32,000 bases of DNA, taken from Arthrobacter globiformis NBRC 12137. Lineage in GTDB: Bacteria; Actinomycetota; Actinomycetes; Actinomycetales; Micrococcaceae. The position numbers were made by a program, and so were the translations under genes. Below the pieces are notes generated by a model. That model saw nothing but the letters and a program-made list of their open reading frames with translations, searched no databases and had not been told where the DNA came from. The DNA is taken from assembly GCF_000238915.1 (NCBI RefSeq), contig NZ_BAEG01000047.1:110376-142375 (forward strand). The letters are read 5' to 3'. Position 1 is the first letter of the stretch. The number at the start of each line of letters is the position of its first letter. Of this stretch, positions 16,917-24,315 are shown in pieces.

Positions 16917-17702
16917 ATGAACGTGGAGAACGGAGGAGGTACAGGGCGCGGCGCGGGAACCGGCCGGGCCAGCGGCGCCTTGCCGGTGGCCCTACTGCGG
17001 CGGATTTCCGCGAACCGGCCCGCTCCCGCCGCCGGGGAATGCTGCGAAATGTGCGGCGAACCGATTCCCGACGCACACCAGCACGTGGTGGACCTGGAGA
17101 GCCACGCGATGATGTGCACCTGCCGGCCCTGCTACCTCCTCTTCACCGATGCCACCGCCCACATGCGCTACCGCTCGGTGCCGGACAGATACCTCTCCTT
17201 CCCCGACTTCGATATCGGCCCGGGGCAGTGGGACGAACTGGAAATTCCGGTGGGCCTGGCATTCTTCTTCCGCAGCTCCAGGCTCGGCCGCACCGTGGCG
17301 TTCTACCCGGGTCCGGCCGGGGCCACGGAATCGGAACTGCCCCTCGCCGCCTGGGACGGCGTGCTGGCCCGCAACCCTGCCCTCGGCCTCGCGGCGCCGG
17401 ACACCGAGGCTCTGCTGATCCGCGGCCCGGGTCCGGGCAGGGCCGCCGCGGACTGCCACCTCGTTCCGGTGGACGCCTGCTACGAGCTGGTGGGCCGGCT
17501 GCGCCGCCTCTGGCGGGGGTTCGACGGCGGCCAGGAGGCACGCGATGAGCTCACCGCGTTCTTCGACCGGATTGGCCGCCGGAGCGTTCCGGCGCCGGCA
17601 AACCCCGCCGGCGAGGCATCCGCCAGCGCCGCATCAGGCGGCGCGGCATCCAGCAGCCGCGCGTCGGGCAGCCGCGCGCCGGGCACGGGAGGCTTCCGGT
17701 GA
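16917..17702 (+). CDS. Conserved hydrogenase-cluster protein of unknown function (I recall similar proteins labelled DUF5947; unverified)
   Basis: 261 aa with Cys cluster CCEMCGEPIPDAHQHVVDLESHAMMCTCRPCYLLF. It starts 1 nt after the upstream stop and has a low-complexity Ser/Ala tail. Confidence 0.7.
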   Translation: MNVENGGGTGRGAGTGRASGALPVALLRRISANRPAPAAGECCEMCGEPIPDAHQHVVDLESHAMMCTCRPCYLLFTDATAHMRYRSVPDRYLSFPDFDIGPGQWDELEIPVGLAFFFRSSRLGRTVAFYPGPAGATESELPLAAWDGVLARNPALGLAAPDTEALLIRGPGPGRAAADCHLVPVDACYELVGRLRRLWRGFDGGQEARDELTAFFDRIGRRSVPAPANPAGEASASAASGGAASSSRASGSRAPGTGGFR

Positions 17703-18352
17703 CCGAACTTTCCTTCGCTGTGCTGGAGATCCGGCCCGAACCCTACGCCGCCGCCCCGCAGCTGACAGCCAGGCTCCAGGTGACGGAGGGCACGGGTGCC
17801 GTGGTGCACGCTGTGGCGCTGCGCTGCCAGGTCCGGATCCTGCCGCAGCGCCGCGGCTACGCGTCCGGGGAGGAGACCGGACTGCTGGACCTCTTTGGCG
17901 ATCGCGGGCGCTGGCCCACTACCCTGAAGTCGTTCGTCTGGATGCAGTGCAGCACCATGGTGCAGGGTTTCACGGGCAGCACCGAGGTTGACCTGCCGCT
18001 GCCCTGCACGTTTGATTTCGACGTTGCCGCCGCCAAATACCTGAATGCCCTGCATGACGGCGAGATACCGCTGGAGCTGCTGTTCTCCGGCACGGTCTTC
18101 ACCAGGGGGCAGACGGGGTTCACCGTGGAACAGGTGCCCTGGGACCTTGAGGCGTCCTACCGGCTGCCCGTCGCTGCCTGGCGCAGCCTGATGGACCAGT
18201 ACTTCCCCAACGCCGGGTGGATCCGCCTGGACCGGGAGGTCCTGGCAGCACTCGCCCGGTACAAGTCCTCACGGGGCCTCACGTCGTGGGAGGCCGCGGT
18301 GGAGAAGCTGCTCGCCCAGGCCACCGCCGACGTGTCCGGGGAACTGCCATGA
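17699..18352 (+). CDS. Conserved hydrogenase-cluster protein of unknown function (possibly the DUF6084-type; unverified)
   Basis: 217 aa. The GTG start overlaps the upstream TGA (GTGA). Coding-like composition, no motif I can name. Confidence 0.65.
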   Translation: MTELSFAVLEIRPEPYAAAPQLTARLQVTEGTGAVVHAVALRCQVRILPQRRGYASGEETGLLDLFGDRGRWPTTLKSFVWMQCSTMVQGFTGSTEVDLPLPCTFDFDVAAAKYLNALHDGEIPLELLFSGTVFTRGQTGFTVEQVPWDLEASYRLPVAAWRSLMDQYFPNAGWIRLDREVLAALARYKSSRGLTSWEAAVEKLLAQATADVSGELP

Positions 18353-19749
18353 ACACCAGCCTGGCCCTTGCCCGCGCCGTCGCCGACGCCGTCCTCTACG
18401 AGGGCTACCTGCTCTACCCCTACCGTGCTTCGGCCCAGAAGAACCAGGCCCGGTGGCAGTTCGGGATCCTGGGTCCGCCAGGGGCCGCCGAGGACAGCAG
18501 CGGGGAGGAGCCGTCCATGTCCGCCGACTGCCTGCTTGCCCCGGGAGCCCGGGCCGGGCTCGAAATCCACTTCCGCTTTCTGCAGCTGCAGGCGCGCACG
18601 GCAGAAAAAGCGGACGACGGCGGCGGGTTCACACCCGTGGACAGCCTCGCCGCCGGCGGTGCGAACTGGCTGAGCTGGGACGAGGCCGTCGAACAGGAAG
18701 CGGCGTTCGGGCCCTTCTCCGTGGCCCAGCTCCGGGCCGGACTGGTCCTGCCGCTGGAGGTCCCGGAGGGATTCGACGTGGAGGAACTGAAGGACTACGC
18801 CGGGAGGCGGGCCGGCAGACTGGTGCGCCGCCGTCGGGCCCTCCGCGGCGAACTGCGGCTCAGCGCCGCCGAAGACGCCAACGGGCTGCTGCGGCTCAGC
18901 GTCACCGCGGCCAACACGGCAGGTCCTCTGCCGGCCCATACCCTGCCGGCCCGTCCGCTGCCTGCCGGGAACCGGCAGGACGCCACCGCGGTCTCCTTCA
19001 TCGGCGCACACGTGTTGCTCTGCGTGCGGGACGGGGACTTCGTCTCGCTGCTGGACCCGCCGCCGTGGGCACAGCCCGCAGCCGGGCTGTGCTCCCAGCA
19101 CCGCTGCTGGCCCGTGCTGGCAGGCCCCGAAGGCCAGACCGACGTGCTGCTGATCTCGCCCATCATCCTGTACGACCATCCCGCCGTCGCCCCGGAAAGT
19201 TCGGTGGCGCTGTACGACTCCACCGAGATCGACGAGATCCTCACGCTGCGGGTGCTGACGCTGACCGACGAGGAAAAGGCCGAGGCGCGGGCCACGGATC
19301 CGCGGGCCGCCGCCGTCATCGACCGCTGCGAGGCGATGTCCCCGGAGGACCTCCAGCAACTGCACGGCACTCTGCGGAACCCGCACGCGTTCGCCGCGGA
19401 TCCCGCCGAAGCATGGAGCACGGCCGGCCAGGACGTTCCCTGGTGGAATCCTGAGGCGGAAGCCAGCATCCGGCCGGACGAGGACGCCGTCGTGATCAAT
19501 GGTGTGGCGGTGGCCCGCGGCAGCCGGGTGAGGGTGCACCCGAAGCGGCGCGCCGACGCCCAGGACCTGTTCTTCGGCGGACAGACCGGCCGGGTCACCA
19601 GCGTGCATTTCGACGTCGACGGCGGCACCCACGTCGGGCTCGTCCTGGAGCAGGATCCGGCGGCCGATCTCCATGAGGGCTACGGCCGGTCCTTCTACTA
19701 CGCGCCCGACGAGCTGGAACCGCTGGAGGGAAAGGAAAACCCGCAATGA
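18349..19749 (+). CDS. Conserved hydrogenase-cluster protein of unknown function (466 aa)
   Basis: The ATG at 18349 overlaps the upstream TGA (ATGA), giving MNTSLALARAVADAVLYEGYLLYPYRAS.... The track ORF opens earlier at 18217 inside the previous gene. Confidence 0.7.
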   Translation: MNTSLALARAVADAVLYEGYLLYPYRASAQKNQARWQFGILGPPGAAEDSSGEEPSMSADCLLAPGARAGLEIHFRFLQLQARTAEKADDGGGFTPVDSLAAGGANWLSWDEAVEQEAAFGPFSVAQLRAGLVLPLEVPEGFDVEELKDYAGRRAGRLVRRRRALRGELRLSAAEDANGLLRLSVTAANTAGPLPAHTLPARPLPAGNRQDATAVSFIGAHVLLCVRDGDFVSLLDPPPWAQPAAGLCSQHRCWPVLAGPEGQTDVLLISPIILYDHPAVAPESSVALYDSTEIDEILTLRVLTLTDEEKAEARATDPRAAAVIDRCEAMSPEDLQQLHGTLRNPHAFAADPAEAWSTAGQDVPWWNPEAEASIRPDEDAVVINGVAVARGSRVRVHPKRRADAQDLFFGGQTGRVTSVHFDVDGGTHVGLVLEQDPAADLHEGYGRSFYYAPDELEPLEGKENPQ

Positions 19750-19865
19750 AGGCAATAGGAATGGCCACTGTTTCGGTGCTGGCAGCGATGGCCCTCTGGG
19801 GCGTCTACGTCGGGATCCGCGCAGTTCCGGACATCCGCCGGTACATGAAAGTGCGGCGGATGTGA
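19746..19865 (+). CDS. Micro-ORF: 39-aa single-pass membrane peptide MKAIGMATVSVLAAMALWGVYVGIRAVPDIRRYMKVRRM
   Basis: My own translation; it is below the size cutoff of the ORF track. The ATG overlaps the upstream stop (ATGA) and its stop overlaps the GTG of the protease frame (ATGTGA). It has a ~20-aa hydrophobic helix followed by a basic tail, and GGAGGGAAAGGA lies upstream. Confidence 0.55.
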   Translation: MKAIGMATVSVLAAMALWGVYVGIRAVPDIRRYMKVRRM

Positions 19866-20443
19866 CCGCCGCCGGCAGTGCAGGGACGGCGCCGCAGGGT
19901 TCCGTCCGGCAGGGTTCCGGCGAGCGCGCCTCCGGCGAGCGCACCGGCGGCGTCCTCGTGGCCGGCGTCGGGAACTTGTTCCTGCACGATGACGGTTTCG
20001 GTCCCGAGGTGGCGCGGCACCTCGCCGCCCACCGGCAGCCGCTGGAGCCGGGCGTCCGGGTGGTGGACTACGGCATCCGCGGCATGCACCTGGCCTACGA
20101 CCTGCTGGCCGGCGTCGACGTCCTGGTCTTGGTGGACACTGTGCCCGCGGAGGTGAACTCCGCCCCCGGCAGCATCCGCGTGCTGCACGTCAGCGCGGCG
20201 GACCTCGACGGCAGGGCCGTGCTCGATCCCCATGGCATGGACCCGGCGGCCGTGTTGGGCCGGCTTCGGTCCATGGGCGGCAGCCTTCCTGCCACGTATG
20301 TGGTGGGCTGTGTCCCCGCCGACCTGTCCGAGGGCATCGGTCTCTCGCCCGCGGTGGCTGCGGCCGTGCCCAAGGCGGCTGCCGCCGTCGGGTCCCTGCT
20401 GGGCCAGCAGTCCCCTATTCCAAACTCCTCCACTGCAAGTTAG
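19862..20443 (+). CDS. [NiFe]-hydrogenase maturation endopeptidase (HyaD/HupD/HybD family)
   Basis: Motif VLVAGVGNLFLHDDGFGPEV (GxGNxxxxDDGxG). The start is uncertain: GTG 19862, which is coupled to the micro-ORF, or the GTG within VLVAG. The track ORF start at 19673 would overlap the upstream gene. Confidence 0.85.
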   Translation: MTAAGSAGTAPQGSVRQGSGERASGERTGGVLVAGVGNLFLHDDGFGPEVARHLAAHRQPLEPGVRVVDYGIRGMHLAYDLLAGVDVLVLVDTVPAEVNSAPGSIRVLHVSAADLDGRAVLDPHGMDPAAVLGRLRSMGGSLPATYVVGCVPADLSEGIGLSPAVAAAVPKAAAAVGSLLGQQSPIPNSSTAS

Positions 20444-20457
20444 GGCGGTGTCCGTAC

Positions 20458-20763
20458 ATGTGCCTCGGAATACCCGGCAGGGTCGTCGAACTCCTCGAGG
20501 GCTACGGCGGCCAGCTCGCGCTCGTCGACGTGGCCGGAGTGCAGCGGAAGATCAACATCGGGCTACTGGATGAGGGCCCTCTCGAACCCGGGACATGGGT
20601 CCTGATCCACATGGGTTTCGCGCTGGAACGCGTGGACGCCGCGGGCGCAGCACAGGCCATGGACGGACTGGAACTGATGGGCCGCCCGGCGGACAGCGGG
20701 CCCGGAACCCAGCCGGCACAACCACCCCAAGGAGGGCAGCATGTCACCCACGAACCAGCCTGA
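20458..20763 (+). CDS. hypC: Hydrogenase assembly chaperone HypC/HupF family
   Basis: MCLGIPGRVVEL N-terminus with the essential Cys2, and the WVLIHMGFALERV motif. It has a Pro/Gln-rich C-terminal extension. Confidence 0.9.
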   Translation: MCLGIPGRVVELLEGYGGQLALVDVAGVQRKINIGLLDEGPLEPGTWVLIHMGFALERVDAAGAAQAMDGLELMGRPADSGPGTQPAQPPQGGQHVTHEPA

Positions 20764-21091
20764 TTCCGACGGCAAGGACCAGGGCACCCCGCAGGGCACC
20801 GCACCAGGTACGGCGCGGGCCTTCGGCAGTGAACCGCCGCTGAAGGAACCCGCCCAGCCCGGAGCGGACGAAACCCCGGAGGACGCGGCACCGGCTCCCG
20901 ACGACGTCGGCGTCAGCACCACCCGCAGGGGCGAGGACGTCATCAAGGAGGAGGGCTCCGAGCCTGGGCGCGAGCACACGGGATCCGACGATACTCCTGC
21001 CGGCAGGCCGGCCGGCGAGTCGTCCGCCCGCGATGCCACCGCCATCAAGAGCCCCGACCATCCCGACGGCGCGGCGCCGCAGTCGCCATAG
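20741..21091 (+). CDS. Acidic, Pro/Gly/Asp-rich intrinsically disordered protein (116 aa), unknown function
   Basis: A strong Shine-Dalgarno AAGGAGGG ends 5 nt before the ATG. About 80% GC at third positions in this frame, counted by eye. It overlaps the hypC 3' end by 23 nt. Confidence 0.5.
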   Translation: MSPTNQPDSDGKDQGTPQGTAPGTARAFGSEPPLKEPAQPGADETPEDAAPAPDDVGVSTTRRGEDVIKEEGSEPGREHTGSDDTPAGRPAGESSARDATAIKSPDHPDGAAPQSP

Positions 21092-21101
21092 GCAATCGCA
21101 G

Positions 21102-21127
21102 GGCTCGTGCCCGGGGCTCGTGCTCGG
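21102..21127. repeat. 13-bp tandem repeat GGCTCGTGCCCGG / GGCTCGTGCTCGG between convergent stops
   Basis: Read directly, one mismatch. GGGC-tcgt-GCCC can form a mini-hairpin. Confidence 0.6.
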
Positions 21128-21129
21128 GG

Positions 21130-21903
21130 CTAGTGTTCAAGCGCTATGGCCGCGCCGCGGTGCTCGACGCCGCTGTTGGCGATCCGGAGGTGGCGCGCCG
21201 TAAAGTGCTTCAGCTGCTGGAGCTGGTGCGCCGAGAGGCGGTCACACACCCAGTCCCAGTGCAGTGAGACGACGTCGCCCACGGCCAGTCCTTCCACGAA
21301 TCCGGTTCCGTTCACGGCGAACTTGGCCGACTCCACCACCGGTTCGCCGATGTCCAGGGCCGTGCCGTCCCAGACCAGCGGCCGGGACCGCACGACGGCG
21401 TCGTCCCCGGTGATCGCGAGCACCTGCCCCCAGCGGATTCGGCACCTGTCCAGCACGTTCAGCGCGGTGGCATGCCGGCGTTCGTCGCGGAGCAGGCCCA
21501 GCCACGGGTAGATCTCGAACACGTGGAAACTGTGGTGCGGGACCCCGCCGGCTAGCACGCCTTCCACCAAATGCGGGAACTGCCGTCCGGTGCGGGCCCG
21601 AAACCTGTCCTCCATCGAGTTGCCGATGTTCGTGATGCCGACGGAATCAAGCAGGCTGTTGCCCACCCAATAGGCCTCCACCACCCGTGCGTCCAACGGA
21701 TCGGCAATGCCGTGGGTCCCCGCGATCAGTTCAAGGTAGGGCCAGGCTCCGGCAAAGCCTTTGGCCAGCTCCCGGAGGCCCGGGTCCGTGACGCCGGACT
21801 GCCCATAATGCAGCAGGGCGTCACTGTCCGGCGGCCCACAGCTCCCGCGTGAATTGGGCGGATAGGCATAGCGGACAAACAACTGGGCACCATCGATAAC
21901 CAT
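21130..21903 (-). CDS. Conserved hypothetical protein with a HypC-like C-terminal module (possibly the DUF6390-type; unverified)
   Basis: I place the start at the ATG at 21903 (MVIDGAQLFVRYAYPPNSRGSCGPP...), 257 aa. The C-terminal CRIRWGQVLAITGDDAVV...VGDVVSLHWDWV resembles HypC MC(L/I)G(I/V)PGQ(V/I)...GDWVLVHVGFA. Confidence 0.65.
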   Translation of the reverse strand: MVIDGAQLFVRYAYPPNSRGSCGPPDSDALLHYGQSGVTDPGLRELAKGFAGAWPYLELIAGTHGIADPLDARVVEAYWVGNSLLDSVGITNIGNSMEDRFRARTGRQFPHLVEGVLAGGVPHHSFHVFEIYPWLGLLRDERRHATALNVLDRCRIRWGQVLAITGDDAVVRSRPLVWDGTALDIGEPVVESAKFAVNGTGFVEGLAVGDVVSLHWDWVCDRLSAHQLQQLKHFTARHLRIANSGVEHRGAAIALEH

Positions 21904-21995
21904 CCCGTGGCCACCTTCTGCGAGCGTCTTCTGAAAGTAGCACCGGCCTATGGCGCGGACAAGGGACCGGCTCTTTACAGGACACCGGAGAGGCG

Positions 21996-22024
21996 TTGAC
22001 AGCCCTGCCCCTGAAGCGGATGCT
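21996..22024 (+). promoter_or_regulatory. Candidate sigma-70-type promoter for the ABC operon: TTGACA-N17-GATGCT
   Basis: A perfect -35 hexamer at 21996-22001 and a weak -10 at 22019-22024, about 28 nt before the ATG at 22053. Confidence 0.3.
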
Positions 22025-22052
22025 TTGAAGACCCACGCGCAGGGAGTCAACG

Positions 22053-23186
22053 ATGACAGCTGCAGACCTAAACCGCCGCACCGCCCTACAGGTGTTCATT
22101 GCAGGCGGCTCGGCCGCCGTGCTGGCCGGATGCGGCGCATCCGGCAACGCCCCGCCGTCGTCCCCTGCGGGCAGCACCAACAGCATCAGCCTCACGGACC
22201 AGCGCGGCCGGACCCTGACCTTTGCCCGGCCGGTGGCGCGGGTGGTGACCATCCCGATGCCGTCGGCGTCCCTGCTGGTGGCTGTCGACCGCAGCGCGGA
22301 CCATCTCGCTGCCATGCACAACGCCTCCTGGGTGGCCATGCGCGACGGCATCATGGGCGCCATGTTTCCCGCGGCCCTGGACCTCCCGCACGACATCGCC
22401 ACCCAGGACTTCACCGCCAACGTTGAGAGCATCCGGGCCCTCAACCCGGACGTGGTGGTCCAGTGGTCGGACGCGCAGCTCATCGAGCCCCTGGAGAAGG
22501 CCGGCCTCCAGGTTCTGGGGCTGAAAAACTCCGGAACGCAGGAGGACGTGGACGCCTGGGTGGCCATGTTTGCCGCCATGCTCGGCAAGCCGGAACGTGC
22601 CACCGAGCTTAAGACCCGCAGCGACCGGGAGCTCGCCGAGGTCAAGGCACTGGCATCCGGGCGGGCTTCCCAGGGTCCGAGCATCCTGTACTTCAACCGC
22701 TTCACCGGCGGGCTCAAGGTTGCCGGCGCCAACAGCTACAACGACTTCTACATCAAGCTGGTGGGCGGTTCGAACCCGCCAACCGGCAAGGATCCGCTGA
22801 CCGGTCCCGGCATGGTGGGTGTGGACATTGAGCAGGTGCTGCGCTGGGACCCCGAGGTTATCCTGCTGGGCAACTTCGACGCCGCCATGCCACAGGACAT
22901 CTACTCGGACCCGGTGTGGCAAACCGTGTCCGCGGTCCGTTCGAAGCGTGTGTACAAGGTCCCGCTGGGCGGCTACCGCTGGGATCCGCCCGGGCAGGAG
23001 TCTCCGCTGATGTGGCACTGGCTGGGCGACATCGCCTTCCCGCAGCAGAGGTCGTTGGTGCGGGACAAGGCGGCCGAATACTTCAGGTTCCTGTACAACC
23101 ACGAGCTCACGAAGGCTGAACTGGACAAGATTCTCCGGACCGCGGAGAACGGGCAGTCCGCCAACTACCGTCAGTTCAATGCTTGA
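22053..23186 (+). CDS. ABC transporter substrate-binding lipoprotein, FecB/BtuF (metal-chelate, cluster A/type III) class, with a Tat-type signal
   Basis: N-terminus LNRRTALQVFIAGGSAAVLAGC combines a twin-arginine motif with a lipobox Cys. The PDVVVQW and DPEVILLGNFD motifs are typical of the Peripla_BP_2 fold. Confidence 0.8.
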   Translation: MTAADLNRRTALQVFIAGGSAAVLAGCGASGNAPPSSPAGSTNSISLTDQRGRTLTFARPVARVVTIPMPSASLLVAVDRSADHLAAMHNASWVAMRDGIMGAMFPAALDLPHDIATQDFTANVESIRALNPDVVVQWSDAQLIEPLEKAGLQVLGLKNSGTQEDVDAWVAMFAAMLGKPERATELKTRSDRELAEVKALASGRASQGPSILYFNRFTGGLKVAGANSYNDFYIKLVGGSNPPTGKDPLTGPGMVGVDIEQVLRWDPEVILLGNFDAAMPQDIYSDPVWQTVSAVRSKRVYKVPLGGYRWDPPGQESPLMWHWLGDIAFPQQRSLVRDKAAEYFRFLYNHELTKAELDKILRTAENGQSANYRQFNA

Positions 23187-24315
23187 TGGGGCCGGCGCTC
23201 CACGGTTGCGGAAGCGGGTGCGGCCAGCACTGCCCCGGGCAGGCCCGGCTTCTGCCCCGGCCGGGACGGTGGACCGAAAGGCGACGGCACGACGGCGGGA
23301 AACCGCCGTCGTCGTTCCCGTTGCCCTTACTGCCTGCTTCCTGGCCGTCGTGGCGGTGCTGGCACTGGCGGTGGGGCGCTACAGCGTGCCGCTGGACCAC
23401 GTGGTCCAGATCCTGACCGCACAAATCGCGCCGGTCCCGGTCCAGGCCAGCGCCACCGAACAAAATGTGGTGCTGCTGGTCCGGCTGCCCCGGGTACTGC
23501 TCGCTCTTCTGGTGGGCGGGGGCCTGGCCATCGGCGGCGCCGCGCTGCAGGCCATATTCCGCAACCCCCTGGTCAGCCCCGAAATCATCGGTGTCTCCGC
23601 CGGCGCATCCTTCGGCGGTGCCCTGGCGCTGCTGCTCGGTCTGGGGCCGTTCCTCCTAGTGGGCGGCTCCTTTGCCTGCGGCCTGCTGGCCCTCGGAACC
23701 CTGTTCCTGATCACCTCGGGCCGTGCAGGGACGCCGATGCTCAAGATCGTGCTCGGCGGCGTGGTGACGGGGTCCTTCTTCTCCGCCCTGGTTGCCCTGG
23801 TGACCTACATCGCCGACCCCAACACCACGCTGCCCGCCATCGTCTTCTGGCTGCTCGGCAGCGTGTCCACAGCCACCTTCACCAAAGTCGCGGTGGCCCT
23901 CATCCCCGTCCTCGGTGGAGCCGCCGTCCTCGTGGCCCTGCGCTGGCGGATCAACGTGCTGTCACTCGGCGACGAGGACGCGGCGGCGCTGGGGGTGCGG
24001 CCGCGTCCGCTCCGGTGGGTGGTGCTCGTGTCCGTGGCGCTGATCGTGGCAGGGGCTGTGGCGGTCAGCGGCGCCGTCAGCTGGGTTGGCCTGGTGATCC
24101 CCCACCTTGCCCGGATGTGGGTGGGCCCCGACCACCGCGTCCTCCTGCCCGTGTCCTTCCTGCTGGGTGGCGCCTACATCGTCCTGGTGGACACCATCGC
24201 CCGCACAGCCACCGCAGGCGAGATCCCGCTCGGCGTCCTTACGGCCCTGATCGGCGCACCCGTGTTTTTCCTGCTCCTGCGCCGGAACCGCGAGAAGGTC
24301 TGGGACAGTGCTTGA
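23179..24315 (+). CDS. FecCD-family ABC permease
   Basis: Polytopic, with the C-terminal GEIPLGVLTALIGAPVFFLLLRR signature of FecCD/BtuC permeases. 8-nt overlap with the SBP gene. The Arg-rich N-terminal extension makes the start uncertain. Confidence 0.82.
   Translation: MLDGAGAPRLRKRVRPALPRAGPASAPAGTVDRKATARRRETAVVVPVALTACFLAVVAVLALAVGRYSVPLDHVVQILTAQIAPVPVQASATEQNVVLLVRLPRVLLALLVGGGLAIGGAALQAIFRNPLVSPEIIGVSAGASFGGALALLLGLGPFLLVGGSFACGLLALGTLFLITSGRAGTPMLKIVLGGVVTGSFFSALVALVTYIADPNTTLPAIVFWLLGSVSTATFTKVAVALIPVLGGAAVLVALRWRINVLSLGDEDAAALGVRPRPLRWVVLVSVALIVAGAVAVSGAVSWVGLVIPHLARMWVGPDHRVLLPVSFLLGGAYIVLVDTIARTATAGEIPLGVLTALIGAPVFFLLLRRNREKVWDSA

Noticed and set aside
13976-17119. A 1047-aa ORF antisense to hhyL and the Fe-S protein gene
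   Set aside because: The translation is Arg/Gly/Ala/Pro-rich low-complexity sequence typical of the non-coding antisense frame of high-GC genes. The sense strand carries unmistakable hydrogenase motifs.
19673-19861. The upstream extension of the endopeptidase ORF, with the start at 19673
   Set aside because: It would overlap the 3' end of the 466-aa gene and the micro-ORF, and it adds ~60 non-homologous Arg-rich residues ahead of the GxGN...DDGxG N-terminal motif.
18157-19944. A 595-aa ORF antisense to the 466-aa hydrogenase-cluster gene
   Set aside because: The composition is Arg/Pro/Gly-rich and low-complexity. The sense frame is translationally coupled to its neighbours and has better coding character.
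21904-22052. A cobalamin or other riboswitch upstream of the BtuF/FecB-type ABC operon, and extension of the minus-strand ORF to 22050
   Set aside because: Only 149 bp is available, with a probable promoter ~30 nt from the ATG. I saw no B12-box-like conserved core. The extra 49 codons of the minus ORF lack coding character.
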